From Felis catus (lineage: Eukaryota): 64,000 bases of DNA. The notes beneath the pieces are model-generated. The model made no database searches, was not told the DNA's origin, and saw only the letters and a list, made by a program, of their open reading frames with translations. Location: NCBI RefSeq assembly GCF_018350175.1, contig NC_058372.1:39866001-39930000 (forward strand). Direction: 5' to 3'. Positions 46,301-59,043 of this stretch are shown here, piece after piece (positions within the stretch are counted from its first letter, which is position 1; each line of letters opens with the position of its first letter). The translations under genes and the position numbers were made by a program.

Positions 46301-48543
46301 CTTCCTGTCCTCTCTCTGCTCAGCCAGTGTTTAACATCCCCTACCTCAGACGCCCAAAGGGTAAGATGTGTGGAAGGGAAGGCTCGCAGCCAGCAGGACG
46401 TCAGAGGCTCACTGCTGTGATGGTGGCCTCATCAGACAAGCTCGTTCGTTGCAACCCTGCTGTCACAACCCCAACTGCATCCAACACAAGCCCGTACTAG
46501 GTTCTCTCTGCAGAACTCAGGCCCGGGTCCTACAAGATAAGCCGAGACCATGCTACTCCTTCAAAGAGCCAGGGCGGGCTCTAGCCTTGACTTCATGGAA
46601 TGATCACTACTCTCTGACCCCTGGCTGCAGGGAGAAAGGGCAGGAAGGGAGAACACATCATACTCCACTGCCCACAGGTGACAGGAGACAAGGATGAACT
46701 TCTCCAGGGTTACTCTGTATATCAGAGACACTAGAGTCTGGCCTCCCCAAGCCTAGCATTCACAAGCCATGCAGGCCCAAGGTAATCAGAGCCTCTAGCC
46801 TGACCCTGACCCTGACCCTTCATTGTTCATGGCTCCAGGGTATAGGACTTGGGGGCCCACAAGAAAGTCTGTTCCTGTGTAGTGGACAAGGGTCCCTCGA
46901 AACTGGTCACAGAGGGAAAAGAACTTGCTTGCTCTCCCAGGCAGGCTCTGGCCTCGGGAGCACTGGCTCTTTCCCATGGGCTGTGCAACAAATGCCCCCA
47001 CAGAAGGTCCCAGGCTGGGGCCACAGTGACAGAAGAGAAGGAGCACCGGCCTGGGAGTCCACTTAGTTCCATATCAACATGCTGTGTGCTCCTGGCCATC
47101 AACCTTCCCTTCTCTGGGCAACACCTGCCAAGCCAACAGGCTTCCCCATGGTCCCCTGAGCTATGACCTCCGGCCCCAGCCCCTCGCCCCTATCCCAGGG
47201 GCGGTACTCACCCTGGCCCGTCTGACACCGGCGGCCACTCTCAAAGGAGAAGAGGTTGGAGTCATAGCCATAGCGCCGCAGGCAGAGGTAGGGCCAGCGG
47301 ACAGCCTCGCGCCGATGCAGGTGCAGCACCAGCTCGCTCTGTGTTAGCTCCATGATTCCGGAGCCCAGCTCCACCCCCTCGTCATCCACATTCGTCACCT
47401 GAGGGGCAGGGAACAGAAGGGTCATTGAGTGGGCCCATCAAGTATGTAGGGGTCCCAGAGCCATTGGGAGGCAGGCCAATGCAGGGCTAGGGCTGGGGGG
47501 TCACGGGGCTCGCCTGCCTCTACCAGACTCCCCGGAGATGCCAAATGATCGCTGGGAGACTAAGCGGATGAAGCAGTGCCAAGGACCCACAGCAGCTCTC
47601 TAGGCCTCTGCTTTGTTATCTGGGCAGTGAGGCAGGGGTGGTTAGGTGACCTCCAAGGTCAGATGGTTTGACGGCCAAGGTTAGATAACCTCGGATGGTC
47701 CACCGCTTGTATCCAAGGACCAGATGCTAATGGAGGAAGGGGTTCGATTATAAGTTCAAAATCTTAAGACCCCCGGGGGAGAGTCAAGCCCAGGACAGAA
47801 CACAGACCTTCTCCACCCCCTCCCCAACTCCAGGCCCTTGCTAAGGGCTCCCTCTTCTGGTGAGCAGGAGAAACCTGTGCCTCACAAGCTGAGTGCGGGG
47901 AGGGGGCTCCCCCTACAGGGAGGTGAGAGGTGGCAGGTGGCCAGGGGTGCACAGGTCCACTGGGCCCGGCCTTACCTTCCCAAAGTGAAGAGCAAACACT
48001 AATATTGGGCTTCCAGGTGTTATGCACTGCTTTAAATACTTTATGTATATTAACCCATTAATGGAGACTTGTTGTTTTCTCCAAAAAAACCACCATACGT
48101 GTATGTGTGTGTACACATTTATATACACACACATACACACATATACATACATACGTATATGCATATATACACACATACATACATATATATGTAAAGCTAC
48201 AAAGATAAACTGGCAGGAATGAATGTTCTAAAAGCACGATTTTTCATCACAGTATTTCTTCATTCTTTGTAGTTAGTAACGGCGTAGGAGAACCACAGCA
48301 CTGGCAGCAGCCTGGGCCCTGCTCCCCAGGCCACTTCAGCAGCTCTGAGGCATCTTAGCCACAACCTCAGCCTGTCCCTTCACCTTCTCTGGGGAGGCAG
48401 AGGCAACTCAACAGGTTGGCCTGAGCCCAGGAGGCCATGCTGGGAGAGCTCAGGAGAGCTCAGGGGGCGGTGGGTACCTTGAACTTGGTAGGGTGGTTGT
48501 CTGGGACGCTGTCTCTGTTCAGGCAGCTGCAGCAGCTCCCCAT
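42406..48543 (-). CDS. FRS3: Fibroblast growth factor receptor substrate 3 (FRS2-beta/SNT-2), 5 coding exons, 495 aa (whole-gene span)
   Basis: MGSCCSC myristoylation start, IRS-type PTB domain, YVN/YENV/YENL/YIQV/YAVI tyrosine motifs, C-terminus RKTRHNSTDLPL. Confidence 0.96.
43597..43754 (-). CDS. FRS3: FRS3 coding exon 4
   Basis: LGYTVSSFSNG...HALIAPDEQ, 158 nt. Confidence 0.93.
44608..44769 (-). CDS. FRS3: FRS3 coding exon 3
   Basis: IFAFKCSRAEEIFNLLQDLMQ...PQPPN, 162 nt. Confidence 0.95.
45117..45574 (+). mobile_element. Tigger4-like (TcMar) DNA transposon fossil in an FRS3 intron
   Basis: CAG..CCCCTTATCCACGG..TTTGCTTTCTGCAGTTTC start, GGGTTCAGTACTATCTG..GATAAGGGG..ACTG end; TIR CCCCTTATC/GATAAGGGG. 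Confidence 0.78.
47212..47398 (-). CDS. FRS3: FRS3 coding exon 2 (PTB domain)
   Basis: VTNVDDEGVELGSG...FSFESGRRCQTGQ, 187 nt. Confidence 0.95.
48478..48543 (-). CDS. FRS3: FRS3 coding exon 1 (MGSCCSCLNRDSVPDNHPTKFK)
   Basis: ACCATGG Kozak context, AAG|GTACCC donor; exon acceptor at 48566. Confidence 0.94.
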
Positions 48544-48710
48544 GGTGTCAGAGCAGCCAGTCTGCCCTAGGGAAAAACATAAGGGATAAGGTCATCGAGG
48601 TCAGCTCCAAAAAGCCTCACTCTGGGGACTCTGGCAGAACGACCTCGTTGTGATCACCTACTCTTGGGCACAGTGGGACACTGTCCCTCCTTGAAGAAAT
48701 TCACATTCTC

Positions 48711-48940
48711 GGGGCGCCTGGGTAGCTCAGTTGGTTGGGCGTCCGACTTCAGCTCAGGTCATGATCTCACAGTTTGTGAGTTCAAGCCCCACGTCGGGCT
48801 CTGTGCGGCCAGCTCAGAGCCTGCATCCTGCTTCAGATTCTGTGTCTCTCTTTTTCTGTCCCTCCCCCACTCACACTCTGTCTCTCTGTCTCTGTCTCTG
48901 TCTCTCTTTCTCTCTCAAAAATAAATAAGCATTGGAAAAA
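48711..48940 (+). mobile_element. Felid SINE (host element)
   Basis: TSD AAGAAATTCACA(T/C)TCTC at 48694-48710 and 49194-49210. Confidence 0.92.
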
Positions 48941-48945
48941 AAATC

Positions 48946-49175
48946 TTTTTTTTTTTAAATTTTTTTTTTCAACGTTTATTTATTTTTTGGGGGACAGAGA
49001 GAGACAGAGCATGAACGGGGGAGGGGCAGAGAGAGAGGGAGATACAGAATCGGAAACAGGCTCCAGGCTCCGAGCCATCAGCCCAGAGCCTGACGCGGGG
49101 CTCGAACTCACGGACCGCGAGATCGTGACCTGGCTGAAGTCGGACGCTTAACCGACTGCGCCACCCAGGCGCCCC
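48946..49175 (-). mobile_element. Young SINEC_Fc-type SINE inserted antisense into the tail of the previous SINE
   Basis: CTCTGGGCTGATGGCTCGGAGCC subfamily-type sequence with CpGs intact; own TSD AAAAAAATCTTTTTT. Confidence 0.9.
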
Positions 49176-49806
49176 CCAAAAAAATCTTTTTTTAAGAAAT
49201 TCACACTCTCAATCGAGGGCCAGGCATGCACTGGATAGACATTAATTCAAGTGAGGATGTGTTAAAGATTAATTCTGACAGAGGGATGGAAGAGAGCTTC
49301 TCAGAGGTACCATCTGACCGTGACCTTGAGAAGTGAGTAGGATTTTGACAGATGTAATGAAAGCGAAGGGAAGCCTGGGCTGCGGGAAAAGAAGGGAATG
49401 GATACAAGCAGGGAACCAGAAGAAGTGATTTGCTTCAGGGGGAGGTGGGTGCTAGTTTGGGGCCCTCATTCAGATTTAGCAAACAAACTGTAACTGGGCA
49501 GTTCCCGACACTTTGGCCTGGACCTTTCATTTTTTTTTTTTTTTTTTGTCTTCTTTTCCACCTCACCCTTCCCACATCTCCCAAATTCTCTTTTTTTTTC
49601 CCTCCCTACCATCCCAACATCTACTTCAAATTTATCTTTTTGGTGTTCTCTTCCATGGGGTATTACATTATGGCCAAAAGATACAGTAAGAAGACTGAAC
49701 TTAAAACAGGGCACAATTTTTATAACCTCGATTAGCTATTCCTTCATGGAAAAAATAAATGCTGGGTTTTCTCTCCTTCATCTAAAGGGGAGACCAGAGG
49801 ACTTAC

Positions 49807-49975
49807 TATCTGGCTTTTCCCTCCAGGATTATGGCACTTGGAGTATATGTCACAATGGTTGGGCCTCTGTCTAGAATGGAGAGGACACCATCAAGCTTGA
49901 AAGACCTACGGGAGCAGGCAAATGCACAGAACGATCCCAACCAGAATGGGTTGCAACTCGATACAAGAAATGAAT
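49807..49975 (-). other. FRS3: Probable FRS3 non-coding 5' UTR exon (acceptor either 49905 or 49975)
   Basis: Strong GTAAGT donor at 49806 with pyrimidine-rich AG acceptors upstream; lies between the promoter and the ATG exon. Confidence 0.4.
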
Positions 49976-51699
49976 CTGTAGGATTAGATATCCTTCTAGA
50001 ACTCCCACTGAACATGTAGAGCCTTGAACAATCCTGACCTATATCCCCCATTCCTATATCCCCCATTTCCAACTTGGAAAACTCCAGAAAAGTGGCTCCT
50101 ATAAACAACTCTCACCTCACCCAGGCCATTGGGGAGCTGACCATGGGAGGGGCATGGGGAAGGACCCCCACTTTATTCCCCCTGTTCTTGGTGGGGCGTC
50201 ATGGCAGGTAGTCTGCAGAGAAGTCACCTGGATCCCTCTGGGACACACCTGGGGCTCACCTAGCACAGGAGACAGAGACCACAGGTTAGTGGAAACCTTT
50301 CATCCTCGCCCCCAATTGTTAATGAAACTCACTTGCTGTCAGTCCATCCCACCTGGATTATCTGTTCCAGGTCCTAAGGGGACAGAAACACAAAGAAGAA
50401 AGTGAGATCAAGGGCAAAGGGGCCACCAATTCCAAGCCCCACAGGCGCTGAGAGGGAGTGATTCCCACCGCAGCAATGAGTTTGAGTTTGAGGCAACCTT
50501 TTAAGTTACCTCTAGACCCCGACCCCATCTGAATCCTGTTACAACCAACACCAAAACCACCACTTTACCTTTGTGGGGAACTTTACAGAGAGCTTTCTCA
50601 AAAGGACACTATGATGTATGGGAAAGAACACTGGCTTAAGATTCAGAAAACCAATCTTCTAGTCTGTTTTGTTGCCATTAAGCATCTGGGAGACTCTGGC
50701 AAGTCGACCTCCCACCTCCCACCTCAAGGCCTTAGTTTTCAAGGGAAACATCTGTAACCTGCAGAGTTTCTCGCTGAAATAACTTCTAGAAGTGCATAGG
50801 AAAAACGTCACTAAAATGGACATTTGCCTCTTCCAGAACAAGCTCCCTCAATCTCACATTCGGAAACCTGATAGATTTTCTGTTCTCCAAGTTCTGAAAG
50901 GCTTAAAATTTTTAACATACATGCTAACAATAAATCAAAATTTCAGAGATCGGAGCCCCAGGTGGACAAATTGGCAAGCCAGGACCTTGGAGATCCTTGA
51001 AATCCCACCCTCTTGCTTTCCAGAAGCAGTATGTTTTCCCAGGGCCCCTTGGGCTTTGCTTCCTCAGACAACTTCCCAGATAAAAGGACCCCCACCCCCT
51101 GGTCTGGCTTACTCTCTGGAAGAAGGAAGCAGGCTCAGGGAGATGTACACAGCCTAAAGACGGGCAGCTGGGAAAATACCGAGGCTTGAGCCATCAAAAA
51201 GGAGTCTGAGGGTGAAACCAAGAACTACAGGGTGCAAGATGGGGGAGGGTGTTGCATCTTTTTCTGTCCCCTTCATTTGTCTTTAAGGTATCAGGATATA
51301 TCATGACACTTCACTGAAGGGGGTTACGTTGGCTGAGACAGGAAGAGGGGGCTCAGGTCTGGGATACGTATGGATTGGAGATGCGGAGTGTCAGGGATTA
51401 TGGGGACTCAAAATATGTAAGAGGGCTCAGAGAAACGTGGGCAAGTTTTTTTTGCATTTGAGCATGGTGCAAGGAGAATGGGGCGTATGCAGGATCAGAG
51501 GAACCACAGAGCTCTGGAAGCATTCGGGGGCATCCCGGAGAATGGTGGCTCTGCGGGCGTAACAGAATTCGCAAGAGTGAAGGGGTTCTGAGGGCTCCAG
51601 GACTAGCGAAGGTGTGTCCGGAGGTGAGTGGGGGTGGGGTGGTTCTGGGGCGTGAGCGACAGATTTAGGTTGCGGGGCTGTCAGGGGAATTTCTACAGA

Positions 51700-53100
51700 C
51701 ACTGGGAAGCAATGGGGGAGGTCGGGGCCGCGCGCAGTCCCTGGATCCCCGCCCCCAGCCCCGGGATTCCACCGCCCGCCCGCCCTGGGCTTCCTCTGGA
51801 GGGAGCGGAGACTGCGGCGCGGCGCGGTGCGGNNNNNNNNNNNNNNNNNNNNNNNNNNNNNNNNNNNNNNNNNNNNNNNNNNNNNNNNNNNNNNNNNNNN
51901 NNNNNNNNNNNNNNNNNNNNNNNNNNNNNNNNNNNNNNNNNNNNNNNNNNNNNNNNNNNNNNNNNNNNNNNNNNNNNNNNNNNNNNNNGAGGTCACCGGC
52001 AACACCAACGAGACGCTGCGGGCGGGCGGACCCGATCGGGGGCGACAGGCGCGCAGCCTAGAAGGTCCCTTTGGAGGACTTTGCAGTCAGGAGCAAGGAG
52101 CATGCGCACACGCCAGAGGGCGCTCCGGGCCAGCAGCGAAGCTAGCCCCGCGGGGGCAGGGCGGAACCTGGGCGGGGGCGGGGCGAGGGGCGGGGCTGAA
52201 GAGGGAAACAGAGGTGGACCCAGAGGTTTCCACTCCCGGGATCAGAAAAGGAACCCGGGTAGGGAAGAGACAAAAAAGATGGGGGAAAGGTCTGAAGGGT
52301 CGGAAGGGAGAAGCGCAAGGAGAAGGATCCCTAAAAGGGGCTGGGGACCGGGAAAGGCAACTGGGTGGGGGTGAGAACAGACAGAGAGGGGCGGAGCTAG
52401 GAGACCCGAGGGAGGGTCGGGGGGGGGGGGTGGGGACGTGCTGGCTCCGAGAGACTTTGTGTTCCGGGAGCGACTGAGAGAAGACCCGGCAAAACGACGG
52501 CACCCTAGTGTCGGCCCAGTGCCCGCGGGGGCGCGGTGCCGGCGCTAAACACCTGGGAGTGGGGACAGGGGCAGTGGAGGCTGCACAATTTCCACCCTGA
52601 GATCCCCCAAATGCTTTCCTTCTGGCTGCATCACCAGGCCCCTCCCGAGCCACTGGCTCTACCAGTCCCTGAGGGGCGGGCAGGGACTGCGGGGGACGGG
52701 GGAGGGGGGGGGGAGGAAGGGCTGCACTCCCGGGGTGGGCAGGGGCAGGCGCTGAGTCCTCGGGGTGGGGACTAGGTGGAGGCCCGACGACGGGGTCTGT
52801 CAAGAACGGCCCGGACACCGGCGCGCAGCGAGGGTGAGACCCCAGCAGAGTCCCATTCCTTCCCCTAAACTCCCAACAGCCAGACTGGGGACCCCAACTG
52901 ACTCCTGGGGAAGTCCAAGAAAAAACTTTGGGGATCTATCGAGAAGACTCTTGGCGGGATCGGACACTTCTCCCTCCATTGTCCGCGGAAAACCTTCCCA
53001 TCCTTTTACCTCCCCAGTCCCTAGGGGCCGCTCAGGCTCTGCCCTTGAGCCGGGTCGCACCTGCGCAGGGGCGGGAGAGGGGTTTCAGCCCTTATCCAAG
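51700..53100. promoter_or_regulatory. CpG island / divergent FRS3-PRICKLE4 promoter; FRS3 exon 1 probably lies in the N-gap 51833-51988
   Basis: GC boxes, NRF1-like GCATGCGCA at about 52100, head-to-head gene arrangement. Confidence 0.7.
51833..51988. other. Assembly gap (N-run) in the CpG island
   Basis: Ns. Confidence 1.
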
Positions 53101-54748
53101 GAGGGGACGAGAATTCTTGAAGGAATCCAGCATGTTAGTAAGACGGGGTCCAGTGCTGAGTGGAGGTGGGAGTATGGGAGGGTGAGGGGTGAAGGCTGAT
53201 TTCTGAGTGTTGTTTCTGTGGGGGGCAATTTCATACTATAACCCGGAAAACAGGGTCCCAATCCACTCTGAGATCCCAGATGACCCCTGTCCTGTTCGCA
53301 CCCTCCCCCAAGGGCCTCTTGCTGCCTGGGGCAGGGGCATTGGTGTTAGAGTTAGTGGCTACTCTTAGCCCTGAGTATGAACAGCCCACACTGGCTGTTT
53401 TCCACAGGAAACAGGACCAGAGGGACAGAACAGGAAGGAAGCAGATGGGTGTGGAAGCAGGGCTGGGTGGCGCAGGACTTCGGAAGGGGGCTGGGGGGTG
53501 CCTTGCAGGGCTGGGAAGCAATATAACTGTTATAGTCCAAATTTTGTTCCCAGCCGCAAAGCTGGGTCTTATAAAGAGGACTGAGATTTGGTGAGGCCCT
53601 CCTGTGCCCAGCTGCAGTCAGAATCCATCCCAGATCTCCAAAGCAGCCTCTTCCTAGAATATCCCTTAATTTTCTAATGTAACCTTAGGTAGGTTAACCT
53701 CAGTTTGTTTCTTTGTTTCAACTGGAAAATGGGGTAACAGAAACGACCTGATAGGATTGTTATGAGGATGCATAATATTATGTAAAATGCTAACATAGTC
53801 CCTTGCACAGAGTAAACGTCATAGAAAAGTTGCTCTGGTTATTTTTCTTCGGAGGGTATTGTACATACCTGCCCAGAGCTCTGGCCTCGTTCTCCCTGGT
53901 CTCATCTCTGTCTTACCCACTGGGCCATGAGCTCCTTGAGGGCAGGGCCCATTCCTTTTCTACTTCAGTAGTCACCCCCACCCCTCAAGATACTGTGGTC
54001 CTGCTAGGTCTGGCCCAGAGGAGGGCTGAAGAGATGTATTTAGAATTATCCGATGAAACCGGAAATTGCTGCTCTAGGTAGAATCCACAAGCACAATATT
54101 TTCTTTTGTCCTCGGGCTTATAGACTAGATGAGGAACTGAGAGGGGCACAGGGCACAAAGAGAAACATTAGGTACTAAATCTCTCAGGGTGCGGAATGTA
54201 CTTACTTCTGGAGCTCAGGGAAGGGAGAGCTGGTACAGGCTGGAGGGGCTGGGAAGGGGTTCCTGGTGAAGTGGTCCTTTTACCTGCCCTGAGCCTACAG
54301 CTGGAAAAGGAGGGCCTGTGTTGGGAGTGCGGAGGAAGCAGGCTCACTGGGGTGTTCAGTGCACTGTCAGGAAGGGTGGGAGTTGAGGCTGGGGAGGCGG
54401 GGCTCTCTAGAAAGGCAGAATGCCCTCTCTTTCCACGATGGGCCTCCTCTTTCCTATGTCTGGGTCTTGGGAGACCCCAGAGTTTGAGCTTCAGAAATTC
54501 TGGAGCCAGAAGGCCTGGCTTCCAAGATGTGGCTCTGCCACTTGGTAGCTGTGTGACCTCCGGCATTTATCCTCTCTGACCCTCAGTTTGGCCATCTGCA
54601 AAATGGGGTCAAGAAGACCACCCACCTCACTTGGTGATTGGGAGAACTGAAGGAGACAATGCCTGCAAAGCACTTACCACTGCCCGGCATGTTGTAAGGG
54701 CCTGATTAATGGGAAGTGTTCTTGTTTTCTGGGCAGACTTTGTCACCA

Positions 54749-54880
54749 ATGTCAGTGCTGAACTCTGGCTGGCCCCACCGAGGGGAGAGCCTCACCCCTT
54801 GGGAGCTAGGTCCGCCAGCCGACTCAGACACTGACCCAGGCCACTTGCCCAAGGAGGATCCTGAGGAAACTTCTGAGCAG
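54749..54880 (+). CDS. PRICKLE4: PRICKLE4 coding exon 1
   Basis: MSVLNSGWPH...EDPEETSEQ followed by GTAGTA. Confidence 0.85.
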
Positions 54881-57800
54881 GTAGTAGGAGCCCTGCCCTT
54901 CCCTCTGGCCCCAACATGCTCTCCATCCTACAGACTGACCTCCTCCCCTTTCCACCACCTGGAAGGATGTTAGCCTTTCTGCCCAACCTCCAGTGGCCCT
55001 CTTCTCTTTGCAAGAATAATCCTTGTCTCTACAGCCCCCTTGCGTCGGGATATAGGGGTCCGTCACCTTCACATTCTTCACATGAATACATGTGAACTTC
55101 TTCACATGAATACACATTACTTCCTCTAGGGGGTCTGTGCTGTCCGGGCAGACTCTAGGCTTTGGCCCTAAGGAGTAAAAGGGGTGACTTAAAGCATAAG
55201 AAAGGATACCATTTGGGGGGGAGCGGGGCCTCCCCAACCTGCCTCCATCAGAGCACAAATGCAGGAGCAGACCACCTGTCCTTGTCTTGATCTTGAAGGA
55301 GGGGGTGCTTGGAAGTTGTTCCAGATTGGAGAAGGGGTGGCAGTGAGGAGAGGAGGAAAGAAGAGGAAGGCAAACCCAACCACCCCTCTCCTGCCGCATC
55401 TCCTCAGGACCCTGAAATTCTGAGCTTGGGGCTTCCTGGCTTGGACACCAACTGGGCCCCCAACCAGCCTGGGCTTCGGATCCTCCTGCAGCAGCTGCCT
55501 CCACAGGACAGCGACGTGGGTCTCCCTCTCCCCAGCATCCCTCTTTCTCATCTCCCTCTCTTTATTTACTGTGGGGCCAGAAGCCAGAGGACACGGATCT
55601 AGGGCCTAGCTACGCTAGTAATTGAAGAAGCCATCCCGCTCCAGCCCCAGCCCGAGTTTCCAAGTCCACACGGGGCGGGGGGGGGGGGGGGGGGGCGGAG
55701 GGGTGGGGGGAGGGGATAGCATCCCCTCTGCTTACAATGCTTAGTTGAGGAGCAAATGAGAAAATGGACATGAACGACTTTTGAAACCGATAATGGAATG
55801 TACAAATGTAGAAAGTATGGTTAAGTATTTATTAAGGCCCTGTGTGCGCCCAGACTAAAGGCTTACAGTTCACTTGGGGAGGCAAGACAGGAGAAATGTG
55901 GAATACATTGGAAAAACACAACAGAAAGCGATAGTGAGCTACAGCTCACTGGGGGGCAAGGATCTAAATATGTGGTGACAGGGCTCAGTGCTGTGGGCTG
56001 TCAGGACCTGAGTGGTGGCCATTCCTGGGGGAAAGTGAGACTGATGTAGACTTATTTCCAACTCTCTTCCCTCTTTCCCTCTCCTTCTCAATGCCCTTCT
56101 GTGCTGTTATCTTCTGCACCTCCTGGAGGTTCTACAACCTTCCTCTGACCCAGCGGCTAAGCCTTCTCTCTCCAATTGAACTTCAGTCTTGCCTGCTGGG
56201 GCTCTCCCACTCACAGTGGAGGCCTGTTTTTGCAGGAGCGCTACTGCCTGGCCCTTGGGGAGGATGAGCTGGCAGAGCTGCGGCTCTTCTGTGCTCAGAG
56301 GAGGCGGGAGGCCCTGGGACAGGGGGTGGCCCTCCTGGTACCTCCCGAGCTGCCAGAACACACCTGCGAGAAGGTACGTAGTGCCCCCCCCCCCCCATTC
56401 CCCTTTGCCCTCTCAGTTCTGCAGAAGGGGCTAGCTCTAGGGACTCGGGTGGGAAAAGGGGGGATGGACAGCTTGGAAAACTTGAGGAAAAAGAGAAGCC
56501 AAGTTTAGGGGTTCTCCAGTGGCGCCTGCAGTGGAGGTGGGCTTGCCAGGGGCGGGGGGGGGAGAACAGTTCGGTGGGGGGTGGGATGGAAGCGCCAGGA
56601 GGGAAGCTAGGAGCATGATGCGGCCTCTGGGCAGCTGAGCATCCGCGCCCGGCAGTGCAGGGAGCGGCTGAGGCCAGGGGAGTACGGAGTGTTCGCAGCC
56701 CGGGCAGGGGAGCGGCGCTACTGGCACCGGGCTTGCTTTGCCTGCCAGGCCTGCGGCCAGGCCCTGATAAACCTCATCTACTTCTACCACGACGGAAGTC
56801 TTTACTGCGGCCGCCATCACGCAGAGCTGCTGCGGCCGCGCTGCCCGGCTTGTGACCAGGTACAGCCCCCGAAGGCGGGGGGGGGGGTGGGGGGGTGGGG
56901 GGGTGGGGGGGTGGATTGGCGCTGGGGGAGAACTGGGAGGGTTGCCTAGGGTCCAACGTGGCAGGATGTAAGGGGACACCTCTTCCAGCACTCAGGAATG
57001 GAGAACTCTCAGAACCAGCCTGGGACTTCTGTGTTCCCTGTGTTCTCGCTTGAGCTTTGGGCATGGGGACTTGTCTTGTACCCTCCCCGACCGCAAGCAG
57101 AGTCCCCCAGATTTTCGTGGACTAAGAATTTCTCCGGAGCAGGGAGTGTCGGACAGACGTTCATCTCAGCTTTCCTGGTGCCCAGTGCTGTGCCTGATCA
57201 GGCGAGGAACTGCCATACTGTCAGTATATGAGGCAGAGTGGAACCCTGGGTTGGGAGTCCAAGCGACCAGGGTCGCACTTCTTCAGGCTGTGCCACCTGC
57301 TAGCGGGATCCTGGCTAGGCCAATCAGCCCTCCCTGCATCCGAGAGTGGTGGAGTAGATCAGATGGGATGTCTGTAGACGACGTGCTTTAGCGTTAACTG
57401 GGTATAAGGCGTGGTTATTGGGTGAATGAATGAGCTAGTGGATGAATGAATGAATGAATGAACTGCTCTCCCTCCCTCTCCCAGCTGATCTTCTCCCGGC
57501 GCTGCACCGAGGCGGAGGGACGGCGCTGGCACGAGAACCACTTCTGCTGTCAGGACTGCGCCGGGCCCTTGGGCGGGGGACTTTATGCCCTGCCGGGGGG
57601 CGGCCCCTGCTGCCCCAGCTGCTTTGAGAGTCGCTATTCGGTTTCCGGCTCGAGCCGGGCCCAGACACTGGAAGGTAGGGCGTCCCCCGGTAAGGGAGGA
57701 GAAAGTGCAGATCAAAGGGGAAGGGGGCAGCGGCTTGGGCTGGGCTGAGGAGGGGATTCTCCCGGACTGGGACCCTCGCCCCGGTCCCACGCCGTCCCGT

Positions 57801-58540
57801 CCCTCCAGCAGCGCCCCCGTCCCCCCCACCGCACCCCCCCGCCCCGACCCGAGCCTCGGGGCCCGCAGCTCTCACCGCGCGTCCCTGGCCGGAGCGCTCC
57901 AAGGGCCTCCCGAACCCACCCCGCGCCACCGTTGGGGCTGCGGCGCGGGACTCACTCCCGGACTGGGGACGCGGTCGCCCTCTGGTGGGCGGCGGCGGGG
58001 AGGGGCGGGGGAGCCTGGTAGAGAAGTCGGGTCCGCGGCGGCGGCGCGCACGGCTCGGGGGCGGGGCGGGGGGGGGGGCCGGGCCCCAACGGGGACTGGC
58101 TTCTGGGGCCCGCCCCTCTCTGATCCCGGAGCTGGAGTGTCGGGACTCTGAGATGGGCGTTTCTGACCCGGCCCGGAACAGGGGAGGCGGGTGTTGACAG
58201 AGTTGAAGAAAGGGACCGCACCCCGCTGGATGCCGCTACGGTCTCCCGAGCTGCCCTTCTCGCCGCTGCCCCCCGCTCCAGTCTGGAAACCCAGAGGGAG
58301 CTGCTTGGATCCAGTCCAAGGCAGCAGCGTCGAACGGGGGACAAGGTGGAGGCACCCACAGGGCGGGAGCAGGGCCGCCTGGAGACGCCCCTCGATGCCT
58401 GCCCCACCTGCTCCTCTTCTTCTGACTCGGAACCCGAAGGCTTTTTCTTAGGCCAGCGTCTTACCGGGCCCTGGAAGACCCCCAGAAGCCTCCAAGCTGG
58501 GGACAGCGACACCTCCAGGAAGCACTGCACCATTTGCTAG
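54749..58540 (+). CDS. PRICKLE4: Prickle-like protein 4 (PET + LIM domains, C-terminal CaaX), 6 coding exons, 381 aa (whole-gene span)
   Basis: LLQQLPPQD PET motif, C-X2-C..H-X2-C LIM motifs, ends HCTIC*. Exon sizes 132/108/138/204/205/359, in frame. Confidence 0.93.
55408..55515 (+). CDS. PRICKLE4: PRICKLE4 coding exon 2
   Basis: DPEILSLG...LLQQLPPQDSD followed by GTGGGT. Confidence 0.9.
56236..56373 (+). CDS. PRICKLE4: PRICKLE4 coding exon 3
   Basis: ERYCLALGEDELAELRLFC...HTCEK followed by GTACGT. Confidence 0.92.
56656..56859 (+). CDS. PRICKLE4: PRICKLE4 coding exon 4 (LIM)
   Basis: CRERLRPGEYGVFAARAG...WHRACFACQAC...YCGRHHAELLRPRCPACDQ. Confidence 0.94.
57485..57689 (+). CDS. PRICKLE4: PRICKLE4 coding exon 5 (LIM)
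   Basis: LIFSRRCTEAEGRRWHENHFCCQDC...CCPSCF followed by GTAAGG. Confidence 0.92.
58182..58540 (+). CDS. PRICKLE4: PRICKLE4 last coding exon
   Basis: EAGVDRVEE...CSSSSDSEPEGFFLG...KHCTIC*. Confidence 0.88.
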
Positions 58541-59043
58541 TGGCGCAGCCCGGAGACGGGGGGGGGGGGGGGGGGTGATCTGTGAGGTGGGAGAACGAGG
58601 CTCTCCTCCCCCTATAAAAATCCTAGACTGAACGCAGTCAAGGGCACGCCTGGGAGAGGCGGCGAGACCACAAACTTGGAGTGCTCCCTCTTAAGCCTGC
58701 GTATTCTATGACTTCTGATGGAGACTTTCTTGGGGAACCCCATCCCCAAAGCTACGCATCCCCTGCTGAGCTAAGCCCTATCCCCACCCCCGCAGGCTGG
58801 GACAGCCCCATCCTCATCATCTTCCTGAGCCAATGAAGTGATCATTCAGAGACCACGTGTGGCAGTGACAGGTTGGCCAGCTGAAGGCCAAAAGGGAGCC
58901 AGAGGCGGGACGCCTCCAGGCGACTGTAGTGCCAGGCCGCGCTCCTCCCCTTGAGGAGCTCGGGGACGCGCAGCCCAGGAGCTCTCCCACCCGGACGCCC
59001 GACCTCTCTGGAGCAGCTGCGCCCCCTGCCGGTCCGTAGCCGG

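Noticed and set aside
50038-55120. Small local duplications (CCTATATCCCCCATT x2 near 50038; TTCTTCACATGAATACA x2 near 55074)
   Set aside because: Ordinary slippage duplications in introns, with no evident function.
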